The translations under genes were made by a program, and so were the position numbers. The notes beneath the pieces were generated by a model. The model did not search any database. It was not told the origin of the DNA and saw nothing but the letters and a program-made list of their open reading frames with translations. Positions 13,001-23,450 of a stretch of 64,000 nt of DNA are shown in pieces. Source of the DNA: Auanema rhodensis (lineage: Eukaryota > Animalia > Nematoda). Within the stretch, counting starts at the first letter, position 1; every line of letters starts with the position of its first letter. Location of the stretch: assembly GCA_964057225.1 (NCBI GenBank), contig OZ059900.1, positions 6,262,001-6,326,000 on the forward strand. Direction: 5' to 3'.

Positions 13001-15145
13001 TATATGAATGAAGAAAGGCAATCGGGTATTAGAATAATTAGGATGAGTCCCGTACGTTGATTATGCTTCATATTAAGGTAAATCATATGCTAAACCCGTG
13101 AAAAATCTGGACAAAGAGATATTTACAGTTTGTTCAAACAAAAGGCTAAAACGATAATTCGACTATTGAGTGAACATAAACGTTGAATATTATTTAGCAC
13201 ATAGGATGCTTCATATTTAAACTTTTTGCTATTCACTAGCGAAACTTTCGTATTCTGTTTTACGTTTTCTTATCTTTTATTACTCTCATTTTTTGTTTTC
13301 AAAGACATAATAATATTAAAATAATTCTTTCAGAAAAGTTCTTCACAACTTATGAAAAACAGTGCAGGTTAGAAAACCTTTTTGTTGGTTTCGCTTTAGC
13401 TATTTTCTATATATATCTAGGCAATGGAGCTCCGAAAAAGCAGCAGATTACTGAAATATAGGGGCGAGAGAGATGAAAAGAAAAGCGCTACCGTATACAA
13501 GGTTATAACTCATAAGGATGATTCTGAGGAAATACAAGAGGGGACTATAGACAAAGCCACTCTGCTTGAAATGATCCACGGTACTGTATATGAAATTGGT
13601 TTAAGGAAAACTGTTAAATTTAGAATGTTGTCTGAGAACTTCCAGAAAGTTTGATCCAAGAGAAGTCAAATGCGTGGCACCTGTCATTCAAGAACTCTCC
13701 AATGGATTCTTAAAAGACATGGGCATGCTTCGTAAACCTAATGTAATATAAGATTACATTTATTCAAATGATTCTGATCGAATTTAGACCAATTCTAACG
13801 TGGCTGACTTCCAAAACATCATCCGAGTTATTGAAAATGATGATAACGAAGGTAATCAAAACTTTCATGACTATGTTCTTGAACATATTCCTGATATCAT
13901 TTGTTTATAATCTGATAATGAATCTTCAGATATAGAATCACTTGCAGAAGTGTTTCCAGAGGGCCTTATGGATTTTCTCTCTGTGCACCTATTTGGCATG
14001 GAGAAGATTTTGGAAGATATAACTCGTATGCCACAAGTTAAATTTGAGAAATGTTTTCCTTAATTAGGATGTTATGATCTATTAGTTGAATTGTTTTCCC
14101 AAAGATCGTTGTTATGTTTTGTTAAAATGAATTGTTTTTGTTTCTACTGTTGTGAAATCTTATACATTCTGAGACTGGTTACAGTATATAGAAATTGTGA
14201 CAGCATATAACGTTGGCGGGTTCCCAATGGTTCAAATAAATATCAATTTCATAACCGGAAAGTTAAACTTTGTCACTCAACGGAGGTCTAATAACTATCA
14301 CGCACTTGCTGTCACTTGGTTGTACCAGCTTTTGTTCAAATTTTTAGAAAGTCTCCGGACAACTCTTTCCCACATTTATGGTTTTTTTCTTACTATTGAA
14401 AGTGACTAACCTGATTGTTCTAATTGTGAAGAGAGATTTCTAACCAGGGTAATCAAAATTTTCATGAATATGTTCTCGAACATCTTCCTGAAGTTAGTTG
14501 TTTATAATCTGATAATGAATCTTCAGATATGGAATCACTTGTAGAAGTGTTTCCAGAGGGCCTTATGGATTTTCTCTCTGTGCATCTATTTGGCATGGAA
14601 AAGATTTTGGAAGATATAACTCGTATGCCACAAGTTAAATTTGAGAAATGTTTTCCTTAATTAGGATGTTATGATCTATTAGTTGAATTGTTTTCCCAAA
14701 GATCGTTGTTATGTTTTGTTAAAATGAATTGTTTTTGTTTCTACTGTTGTGAAATCTTATACATTCTGAGACTGGTTACAGTATATAGAAATTGTAACAG
14801 CATATAACGTTGGCGGGTTCCCAATGGTTCAAATAAATATCAATTTCATAACCGGAAAGTTAAACTTTGTCACTCAACGGAGGTCTAATAACCATCACGC
14901 ACTTGCTGTCACTTGGTTGTACCAGCTTTTGTTCAAATTTTTAGAAAGTCTCCGGACAACTCTTTCCCACATTTATGGTTTTTTTCTTACTATTGAAAGT
15001 GACTAACCTGATTGTTCTAATTGTGAAGAAAAGTTTAAGAAGTATTGAACTAGCATCACTTCATTTCCTACAATTAAAAAGATAAAAACCATAAATCAAC
15101 AATTTGAATTGAATACACTTTAAAGAAAAACCAAATTCTTGTAAT
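4025..15145 (+). repeat. Tandem segmental array of 2310-bp (L) and 597-bp (S) units, order L-L-L-S-L-S-partial
   Basis: Identical ORF-track entries recur at +2310 (4360/6670/8980/11290; 5897/8207/10517) and at +597 / +2907 (11887, 13424, 14197). Unit starts approx. 4025, 6325, 8635, 10945, 11542, 13852, 14449. The first copy has an 11-nt deletion near 4074. Similarity ends near 15145. Confidence 0.95.
5170..6882 (+). pseudogene. Spliced orphan gene carried by each 2310-bp unit (copy 1; further copies start at 7480, 9790, 12697); probably disrupted
   Basis: ATG 5170 follows TTTTAG. Frame-preserving introns at 6054-6096 (43 nt) and 6216-6260 (45 nt) give ...LLEMIH/ECCLRTSRKFDPREVKCVAPVIQELSNGFLKDMGMLRKPN/TNSNVADFQNIIRVIENDDNEGNQNFHDYVLEHIPD. 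The next donor reads TT (6373-6374), leading to an in-frame TAA at 6381-6383. Downstream exons VFPEGLMDFLSVHLFGMEKILEDIT/RCYDLLVELFSQRS and YIEIVTAYNVGGFPM remain. The 5' exon linkage between ~5430 and 5900 could not be resolved without stops. Confidence 0.55.
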
Positions 15146-15426
15146 ATTGATCGATATCTTACTGAAAATATAGAAAAACGGAGAGAAAGTAATGAAAGTT
15201 TGAAAAGTGAACCAAGTAAAATTCTAATTAGCAGATGATTTGAACATGAAATCTATTATACAATGTACTTGTGAGAGTTATGATCACAAATTTTCACGTT
15301 AAATAACAAAGAGCGTACGTGAACAACCATAACGAATTACGGTAAACATCATCTGACAGTTCTTCGAAAACATCTACCAAAGTGTTATTTTTCTGCCACG
15401 AGACCAATTAGGCTAAAATTACTTGA

Positions 15427-15925
15427 TTCTTAGTTTTTTTCGTCAACCAACAAAGAGAGTACGTGATTGAGTTTAATCAATTACGGTATTAGAATCTTAG
15501 TTTTTCTCGTCAACCAACAAAGAGAGTACGTGATTGAGTTTAATCAATTACGGTATTAGAATCTTAGTTTTTCTCGTCAATCAACAAAGAGAGTACGTGA
15601 TTGAGTTTAATCAATTACGGTAATAGAATCTTAGTTCTTTTCGTCAATCAACAAAGATCGTACGTGATTGAGTTTAATCAATTACGGTAATAGAATCTTA
15701 GTTTTTCTCGTCAATCAACAAAGAGAGTACGTGATTGAGTTTAATCAATTACGGTAATAGAATCTTAGTTTTTCTCGTCAATCAACAAAGATCGTACATG
15801 ATTGAGTTTAATCAATTACGGTAGTAGAATCTTAGTTTTTCTCGTCAATCAACAAAGAACGTACGTGATTGAGTTTAATCAATTACAGTAATTGATTCTT
15901 AGTTTTTCTCGTCAAACAACAACGG
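15427..15925. repeat. 67-bp minisatellite, ~7.4 copies, each with an internal hairpin
   Basis: Units start at 15427, 15494, 15561, 15628, 15695, 15762, 15829 and 15896 (partial). Consensus atcttagtttttctcgtcaatcaacaaagagagtacgtgattgagtttaatcaattacggtaataga. A degenerate partial copy lies at ~15305-15345. Confidence 0.93.
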
Positions 15926-16335
15926 TAAGTATAACTTGCCCTTTCTTTGAAAATATCTACCGAACTCTTTATACTCCTGCCAAGAAGTCAATCATGTTAA
16001 CATAATTTGCCTTTTTGTGTGTCAGCAATAATAGGTTAATAGAAGACGATCCTGATCATAATATTTCGAGTTTTTTTCACAAATAAATAAAGAGAAAAAA
16101 CATGAAATTTTCTTCTTTCACTTTATGTAAGAATATTTCTTGATAGTGCTAATCTGCGCTCGAAGAAAAAACACGTTCTTTTAAAATGTTTTATACATTA
16201 AAAATAGTCTAAAAAAAGTAAACAAAAAAAAACATGGTACAAGGAAAAATGTGACTAAAATATCACAGTAAACATGATTAATTTGTTAAAAAATTCAAAT
16301 TTTCTACACATTGAGGCATGGATTCACTTGAATAA

Positions 16336-18412
16336 TTACAGACTATATTTTTGCCATAAGGTGCCAAAAAATTTTTGTAACTCATCAAATTGATCAATCA
16401 ATTCTAAAGGCAATAAAATTCCAAAGGTATTATACAACTTTAGTTTCATAGTGAAGGACTTTATATAAGTAAAAACTTTTTTAAGAACCTTGTCATAGTT
16501 ATTGTACTTCTTAGTGTATGATGGGAGACCCATACGGATTTTCACTTCTTCCAATCTTAATTTAATTGTAGCTAGAAGAAAGTTTAACTGAAAAAAACTG
16601 AAGTTTGTTAATTCTTAAGTTGTAAGAACAACCTTTCTAATTTCGTGTGGGCATACTTCGCTGTATTCTTGAATAACATTATGTTCACGTTCAGAATCGT
16701 AAACTGCTTCATATGCATGGAGAGATTTGCAGTTTTCGTAATATTGAAACTCGTAAGCGCACTTTGTACAATTGTCGATGATGATATTTCGGATTGCTGG
16801 ACGTACTGTTAGTATGAAAATCTAAAAGAAACCTAGATTGATTTTGAAAGCTATAAAACCTGTGAATTATTTTTTTTCGAGTGTTCGCTCGATTGGACAA
16901 GCTTTCCGAACTGTTTCTCATTATGAACTTCATCGTCTGCAATAGATCATCAAGGCTTTTGTCACAACTATATTTATTCATTACTTTCTCCATTATCTAT
17001 CAAAATGTTGTCATAAACTTCATCTCGGAAGTAAACTTGTTTTTTCCATGAATTCTACAAAAAAATTACTATTAAAATGTTAACTTATTCTTATACCTGA
17101 AGATCATCAATAGCACTGCTTGAAATGCTACTGAAGGTGTTAATGGTGAACTGTGATATTCCAGATGTATTCACAGCTTCGGAACTAGAACCATTTTGAT
17201 TGGAGCATTGATAAATTTTTGAAGTCTATAAATTGATTCTAAATTGATGAAAAGTTAGTTTGTATTACATCAGCTAATGTAGAAAACGTCGTATCACTCC
17301 AGTCAGTTGTCGCATTAAGCTCCTCAGATATCTCTTCCATTGGAATAATTGGTGAGAACAAAGAATCGATTCTTCTCTTAAATTATATGTTTGTAAGCAA
17401 AGACGCAACAACTGTCAAACCTTTGTAACTGTAATTACATTGTTTCTTATGCTATCCATGCTGCTATTATGGTTATTGTGAGGAGTTGAATGGTTTGTAG
17501 GGCTATAGATGAAAGCGTTTTCTAGAAATTCTGGGTTTTTCAAATTCTGTAAAGTCATTTTTGCAAATACAATTAAATCTCAGCTTAACCTCGAAGAGGA
17601 AGGGAGACTGAATTTGATTCGGTACAGAAGAACTGACAAGAGTTCCTGATTCTTCTACTTTGCACGGTGTTTTTTCATCTTTAATTGTGAACCACTATAA
17701 TGGTTTTTTGAAAAAACGAAAAGAAGAAGTTAACAAACTTTCTCAATGAGTGGCTGAGTTGTTTGTTTTCTCAACATTTCCTCAGCAGTACTTGAATTAA
17801 TGAATTGTTGTTTCATGCTAGATCGGAAATAAGATCTTTGCATAGCAATTAGTGTAAAAATCTGTAATGGAGAAGTAATTGAGCATAGTATGACTAAATT
17901 AAGAACCTTTTCACTTTGCGAAGCGTCCTCGCCGCTCCATCGTTTGAAATCAAATGTTTTTTCTTGTAGTCCAGACGAATAAGGAGTAGGTGACATATGT
18001 AAATCTCTATCTTCCTGGCTCATGCTTGTATATCTCTATAACAAAAAACCTGAAATAATGTTATAGAAAAACAGTAGCACCTCAAAATATTCTTCGGTTT
18101 TCATTAACTTTGATACATTGGGAGCTTTATCAAGATCTTTAGGAAGTTTAGAAGCATCAGGTAATGGTGTTGTTGGATATTCCAATTTAGTTATCTGAAA
18201 TATACTGTGAGAACTGTTATGTAAACTATAAAACCTCTGAATCAATTGATACACCTGTTGAACACCATGTGAAATCACTTTGAGTATTCAAAGTTTGATT
18301 AGAATCCAGCAAAATTGGCGAAGGAATACATATACACTTTCTAGTTGATGATTTTTTCAAATTCTATTAAGAAATAAACACCAAATATAATAAAAAGTAG
18401 CAAACAAACCAT
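16336..18412 (-). CDS. Multi-exon orphan gene of unknown function (Ser/Thr/Pro-rich N-terminal half)
   Basis: ATG at 18412-18410 is followed by a GT donor. Successive exons splice in frame across short introns: MNLKKSSTRKCICIPSP...SIDSE/ITKLEYPTTPLPDASK...EEYFE/RYTSMSQEDRD...SQSEK/IFTLIAMQRSYFR...PLIEK. Last exon LYNTFGILLPLELIDQFDELQKFFGTLWQKYSL* (stop 16336-16338). Exon phases near 16.7-17.1 kb are not fully resolved. Confidence 0.65.
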
Positions 18413-18640
18413 TTTTTAAAAACGCAAGTGAGTTATACTAATTAGAATTAGAATTAGAACAGATAATGTCTATAAATGATAATATGAGACCATTAACAAA
18501 AGTTATTAATATAGCGAATATGAAACATATTTAATAAACTAAAAAAGAGATTAAATTAACTACATATCAAATAACTGTAATCATCTTTTTGGTAGCTAAA
18601 TGAAGGACTAAATACAAAATCAATTACGCAACCTATAACC

Positions 18641-18823
18641 TTTTTAACCTTTGATGTTTGAGACTAAACAGATGAGTGATCTATAGTATGAGTAAACTAC
18701 AATTACATATAGTATATAATAGTATATAGTAGTATATATCTATATAGGCTACTATATGTAATTGTAGTTTACTTATACTATAGATAACTCATCTGTTTAG
18801 TCTCAAACATCAAAGGTTGAAAA
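18641..18823. mobile_element. Small MITE-like inverted repeat (~74-bp arms, ~35-bp AT-rich loop)
   Basis: ttttaacctttgatgtttgagactaaacagatgagt...acatatagta (18641-18714) is the near-perfect reverse complement of tactatatgt...ctcatctgtttagtctcaaacatcaaaggttgaaaa (18750-18823). Confidence 0.7.
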
Positions 18824-19150
18824 AATAGCAACATTTTGTAGTATATATACATATACTATATACATGTATGGTTTAAAATGTATAGTAAGAAATTGGAAAA
18901 ATTCCAAATTTCAAAAAATTAATACGCCTTCCTGAATGAAAAGTTTGTTTCGGTTGTACTTCACATGAATATTTTGTTTCCTTCACCAATTTTTCAATAA
19001 ATTGGAACTTGAAATAATGATTATTTATTAAACGATACTTAGGTTGAAAAAAAAACAATTAAGATGAACAAATATTATAAGTTGCATTAATACGAAGTAA
19101 CTATATAGTTGTTAAAGTTAAACCATTTTATTTCTAATAAGAAAGCATGC

Positions 19151-20046
19151 TTATGGTGGAAGAGGATGTTTTTCGCACTCAATAACTTTGCCATTTTTTA
19201 CGTCTGAAACTTGCATGCAAGTGATACCGTGAATAATGATTGCCTCAAGTGTAGCAGTGCTACTTGGTGAAGGGACATTATCGAAACCACCTCCAGATTT
19301 CCGAATATCTTCATAAGTTTCTCCTGCTTTCAGGCGAGCAGATATTTCCTTTCTACGTTTGACGTAGCGTTTGTAGCATTTGTCTAACTTGACAGGTCCT
19401 ACATCTACAACGTTCCATCTCCTAGCAACGTTTCCTACGCACGCACGGCAGAGGTTAACCTCCCATAAATCTTCTGGTCCTTCAGGGTGACGAGCCTTAC
19501 CACTAACACAATCGATACATATTTCGAGTGTATTCTGAAAAAAAAATTCAATAGGGCCATTTAACTATTTTCTTACTGGAGATGCCTCTTTGGGAGCGTC
19601 TGGATGAACATCCATCTGATCTCTAAGTCTTTTCAAGCAAGTACAACACAGTTTATGTCTGTATACAGGGCGACCTCGTTGATTTTTTATCATTTTTCTC
19701 CGATTTCTGCAGCAGGCAGTACACAAAACGAGCATCTGATTAGCCTATAATACAAAAAAAGCGTTATTTGATTATATGTCTTTATAATTTCTTAACGTAC
19801 CAGTATCAGACGAGAATTCCAGAATCTGTAGAATTCATATGGCATTCTTACATCTCCTTGTCCTTCGTAGAAAGGACAACAGGCATTTGTATATCCATCT
19901 AAACATTTGCAAACGGTACACTGACGTTTTTGGTATCTTCCGCGATAGTTATCAGGATGTTCTTTATCCCAACCAGGAGTATGAGCATCAACTTTAAAGA
20001 AGAACGGGGGAATACCAAAATCTGGTACAGGTACAGATGGAATCAT
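19151..20046 (-). CDS. Cys-rich putative zinc-binding orphan protein (~265 aa, five CxxC pairs), 3 exons
   Basis: A TTTCAG acceptor at ~20077 precedes ATG 20046. Exons ~19798-20046, ~19577-19744 and 19151-~19534 splice in frame: ...RQCTVCKCLDGYTNACCPFY...LIL/ANQMLVLCTACCRNRRK...HKLCCTCLKR...ASP/NTLEICIDCVSG...NLCRACVGN...HPLPP*. Confidence 0.75.
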
Positions 20047-22042
20047 GTTTGTAGCAGTTGTCGTAAAGTCAAAAGCCTGAAAAGATAAAATAATGTGGCT
20101 GAAAAACCTTATAACATAATTAGACGAAGAAAACAAATACGAATTTGAACAGTAGACTGTTAACTTTGAAAATAGGAAAGAAAATGCCATCAATCAGAGA
20201 TGTAATAAACAAAAACATGTTTTTGATACAAGATTGAAGTGAGAAAAAAAGAATGAGAATATTCAAAAAAACCATAAGCTATTTATCTGCGTTAAATATC
20301 AATAAACTGTTTTGCTCCAAATAGGAGTAGGGTAAGCACTATGTGTATGAATGCTGGTCCAAATAGGAGTGAGAGCGAAGTAGATGCAAGAATTCGAATA
20401 TCTTGTGCCTTTGCCGTATAGATTATACAAGTGTGAGAGACACATAGACAGATGCTGCCCTTTATGCGCAAGACATCGGATTAACGAAGATGCAGTAAGA
20501 GAGGCCAGATGGCATGAGTGCATTGGAGAGACGCGTTGACATAGAGGTGGAGGATAATGCAAATGTGCGAATAAGATTCAAGTAAATGGCCTGCTGTGCG
20601 AGTGTGCAGCGCGAGCGTATCGACCGCATAAAAGGAAAGATATGTGCATCTGAGACAACGTAATGATCATAAACTTTTCTTTGTTGTTACAATTGACATT
20701 TTCAAGCAAAAGTATGAGATTTTAAAATATATATTGAAGAAGAAGTAACATAAATATATTTTGTTTATGAAATAATATATAAAAAATAAACAAAATACAG
20801 ATAGATATGATATATTCATTTTCTTTTTATAATAATAAGTAGAACACTTTGTTATTTTGTAAATGATATCCAGAAACAAATTTCTGTTATTTCACATAAC
20901 TATATGTATATATATAAATCAATTTAATTAAAAGATTTGGAGAAGAAGAGATTATCAGATAATTTGTTTTGAGGGAAACTTACGTTTATAGTGCTATACC
21001 TAGCAGTTATACATAGAAAAATTTGATAATAAAGTAATGGTGAACTAACTGTTGAAATAATTGATAGGCTAATCAAGGTAATAACACTATATATAAGCAT
21101 ACGTCAAGATAACACTATAGTTTAACGACATTGTTATCTCGATGTCATCAGAGTGTCTGCTAAGGAGCAGAAATGCTCGAGATATATGAACAGTAGGTCA
21201 AGAAAGAATCTAGACGAAAGCACCGCCCACCAACTACTTTATTCTGCTAATCCTCTAAAAATAGCACTAAAATGTCAATAACTTGTCAATTATGAGGTAG
21301 TAGCTCGTCAATCGAACTGAATATTCTATAATGACACTTGTGAGAATATACATTTGTGAATAAGCATACACAAATGTAATTATATTATAGTGGAAAGTAA
21401 TATCAACTATAAAATATTTATTCGACTTCAGCATATAGCTTAGAGGTTTCTTCTCTGAAAAAGAACATTCATACGGATTAGAATTTCTCAGATAAGTGTA
21501 CATCATTGTGCTTTTTGAATCAATAAACGCAAAATAAGAAAAGAAAGGAGTGAACCGATGATTCAGATATATTTTCATAAAGAAAACCTTTTCTTGAACA
21601 CAAACGACTTAGGAAATAGATCAATATAGGTTTAAAAACCAAAAAGCAATTGTATTTTCTCTTTCTTCTTTTTTTGTCCTTATCCCGATGCATATATCCA
21701 ATTAAATTCAGCCTTTTCTCCAAAAAATAGAAGGACAACAGCTGTTCTTTACTCAACATATAAAAAAATGTTTTATGATGGCTGGTAATGTGAACATCTC
21801 TTTATGCATTGAACCTGCTTATTCAGCGCAATATAAGAATATTGAGCATTTTTATATAATATATTTCATGTTTTCACTAAACTGTCTCTTCTTTCTTGCT
21901 GATTTGATTGAAAAAAAATATTTTGGATAAATAAAATTTAATGATCAAGAAATAAAAATGTACATTGAAAAATATAAAGAAAAGCATATACAAGCAACTA
22001 ACGTATAAACATATATGTATAGTGAAAAACAGTAAAGTTCTT

Positions 22043-22492
22043 TTAATCATCGTAGATATGAAGATAATTATCCTGGGGAGATTTCATCACATCACCAGCG
22101 AAAATTTGTGAAAAGCGTAGTGTACGATAACCTTTTTCAATGTCTACTGTATCATATTTTTCATAATCATCATGATCGAAAGGCAACAATGATGGCATTG
22201 TTGTATCTAGTTCTGAAAGCTCTGTCTGATGTTTCTGAAATTAAATTCAATTATATGACCACAAGCAGATAGTATAATATACCGGTGTTTTAATTTCTTC
22301 ATCTTCATTATATTTTGAAGAATCTTTATAAATAGCTATATACATGAACAAAATGATTGTAATCAATCCTAGAGCAATGCAAAGTCCAAGTACAAACCAC
22401 GGCCAATAAAAAGTAATGCTGCTAACTAAAAGTCACAGTCATCTTATCGTATAAAATTGTACGAATTACTCACATATATCTTGGGAATTCAT
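22043..22492 (-). CDS. Small single-pass membrane protein (117 aa) with Tyr-rich acidic cytoplasmic tail, 3 exons
   Basis: Exons 22474-22492, 22283-22425 and 22043-22234 with canonical 48-nt introns give MNSQDIFSSITFYWPWFVLGLCIALGLITIILFMYIAIYKDSSKYNEDEEIKTPKHQTELSELDTTMPSLLPFDHDDYEKYDTVDIEKGYRTLRFSQIFAGDVMKSPQDNYLHIYDD*. TTTCAG lies just upstream of the ATG. Confidence 0.75.
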
Positions 22493-23142
22493 ATTATATA
22501 CTGAAAATATACTAATGGCAATAAAACAATGCTCTCAATATGTGAAACTCTGTCTTTATATACCAAGTATCTGTCGGCGCGTAAATTGTTGTATCTACCA
22601 ATTGATCTAGAGATCACTTGATACACTAGGTTATCTTACTACTCCTGAAAACAAAAAACTACTGTATTTTACAAATAAAAATAATACGTGAAATTATAAA
22701 TGTGTGTTTCATGGCAATTGTGGTGTTGGAATAATACGAAAACATTATTGATTTTTTACATACAATAATTTTTGCTTAACTCAATTTTCTTCAAGTACTT
22801 GAGTCAAGATAATAACATGGTCTGATATATCTAAATAAAGAAAATAAACATTATATTCTTTGAAGAAAGTCTGCATATGGATTCACAAAACAGTAGTATT
22901 AGTATGACATGACCATAATAATTCTGACAGTTTATAAGTGACTTATATGAAAATATCTTCATATATTTGGCTTTTCTTTGGGTATATATACAGTAAAGAA
23001 ATTATTTCATTCAATTCATTCAATGATCATGACCAGAAAGGAGTCTTTTTGCACTTCTTCAGACTCTTGTTCTGTTTTGCAGATCACTTCTCATCTGATT
23101 TATACATTCTACTTTAATAAACTTGTATATGAATACACATAA

Positions 23143-23450
23143 TTTTTGAATGTTGGGAATACTCATTTCATTCCACCTGATAGATGTGAAGGTCGAACAG
23201 AAATGATCAACTTCATTAAGCGCTGGCGTCAATATGCTATAATGACAGCCATGTTGAAACTACGTAAATGGTTTGTTGGAATATATATATTCATGAACCA
23301 GAGAAACAACCTTTTTTCAGGCGTTACGATGTTAAACCTGATGACAATGTTCTTCGCTTTTTCCGTAAATTTGAAGAACATTTGCCCGAAGATGAAGTGT
23401 GGGATCTTTCTCACAAAATCAAGCCAGCAACAGCCCGTAGACAATACTGA
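23143..23450 (+). pseudogene. 5'-truncated duplicate of the last two exons of the C3G-type GEF
   Basis: Encodes ...LNVGNTHFIPPDRCEGRTEMINFIKRWRQYAIMTAMLKL and EPEKQPFFRRYDVKPDDNVLRFF...KIKPATARRQY*, identical to the GEF C-terminus. It begins mid-exon with no upstream GEF exons. Confidence 0.8.

Noticed and set aside
4025-15145. rDNA, histone, snRNA or SL RNA tandem cluster
   Set aside because: No recognisable rRNA, histone, snRNA or spliced-leader sequence in the unit.
15427-15925. CRISPR-like array (palindromic repeats at regular spacing)
   Set aside because: The whole 67-bp unit repeats with no unique spacers, there are no cas genes, and the context is eukaryotic.
20299-20660. GC-richer patch with a 13-bp direct repeat (tccaaataggagt) and an 87-aa ORF, considered as a solo LTR or gene
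   Set aside because: No second copy, primer-binding site or TSD seen; more simply the upstream regulatory region of the CxxC gene.
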